A stretch of 64,000 nt of DNA, from assembly GCA_023250675.1 (NCBI GenBank), contig JAHFAE010000002.1, forward strand, positions 7,491-71,490, given 5' to 3'. Shown here one piece after another: positions 63,821-64,000 of the stretch. The DNA is from Oligoflexia bacterium (lineage in GTDB: Bacteria > Bdellovibrionota > Bdellovibrionia > JABDDW01). How positions within the stretch are numbered: position 1 is the first letter of the stretch; every line of letters begins with the position of its first letter. Both the position numbers and the translations under genes were made by a program. The notes beneath the pieces are model-generated. The model saw only the letters and a program-made list of their open reading frames with translations, did no database searches and was not told where the DNA came from.

Positions 63821-64000
63821 CCGTTATTCTTAATAGATTGGTGGATATTCTTATTTCTGTCTTTAACAGAAGATACGTTTCTTTCAGCTTGGTCTCTCTT
63901 AGCTTTTAATTTTACAGCTTGGGTTTCAAGTCTTTTAAGTTGAGAATGAAGTACTTTGGTCTCCCCATTGACTTTGTTATATTCTATTTTTAGAGCGTTG
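63821..64000 (-). CDS. C-terminal fragment of a minus-strand coiled-coil-like protein that continues beyond the window's 3' edge.
   Basis: Reverse-strand frame is open from the window end to a TGA at about 63821, translating ...ETKVLHSQLKRLETQAVKLKAKRDQAERNVSSVKDRNKNIHQSIKNNGG*. Confidence 0.3.

Noticed and set aside
1-64000. Searched for CRISPR arrays (regularly spaced 25-40 bp direct repeats) and rRNA genes.
   Set aside because: None found. The only dispersed repeats are the three REP doublets. The window is almost entirely protein-coding.

Overview
This is a 64 kb low-GC (~40%) bacterial chromosomal window, densely coding with short intergenic spacers, and no rRNA, tRNA or CRISPR array was recognised. 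The gene content gives a weak hint of a predatory Bdellovibrio-like bacterium (Bdellovibrionota): many signal-peptide proteins, type IV minor pilins, PutA, PPK1, two-subunit 2-oxoacid:ferredoxin oxidoreductase and secreted hydrolases.

Housekeeping genes recognised from motifs:
- PutA (proline dehydrogenase / P5C dehydrogenase) and the KorAB 2-oxoacid:ferredoxin oxidoreductase.
- PPK1, SerA, Hsp33 and LemA.
- An SthA-like flavoprotein, the SrkA/YihE kinase and an AmpG-type MFS transporter.
- A Bcp peroxiredoxin, an FAH-family hydrolase and a SixA-like histidine phosphatase.
- A deoxyhypusine-synthase-like protein, a class III adenylate cyclase, an ABC transporter with a duplicated permease, and a MetB/MetC-family PLP enzyme.
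- Several glycosyltransferases (GT2, GT-C, and two TMTC-like DUF1736+TPR membrane proteins).

Most notable accessory content:
1. At the 5' edge, a three-gene module of unknown function: a protein built from about 14 tandem 15-residue [C/S]-x-[V/I]-[S/T]-G-K repeats, a polytopic membrane protein and a periplasmic vWA/MIDAS protein, with a secreted phospholipase D convergent on them.
2. A REP-associated tyrosine transposase (RAYT, IS200/IS605 Y1 family) flanked by an inverted pair of ~60-bp REP doublets (30957-31018 and 32441-32505). A 144-aa secreted ORF lies inside the bounded segment, and a third solo REP doublet sits at 45402-45470.
3. A TMTC-like GT-C/TPR gene split by a single in-frame TGA at 6266-6268; an intact paralogue is at 52813-54426.
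4. A 137-bp element at 48410-48546: ~32-bp AT-rich inverted arms around a 70-bp GC-rich, internally palindromic core, between convergent genes.
5. A secreted protein made of four ~55-aa cysteine-rich repeats.
6. An adjacent pair of Fn3-repeat envelope proteins, one FecR-domain and membrane-anchored, the other ending in an outer-membrane beta-barrel.

All calls rest on motif recognition in the supplied translations. No database search was run.
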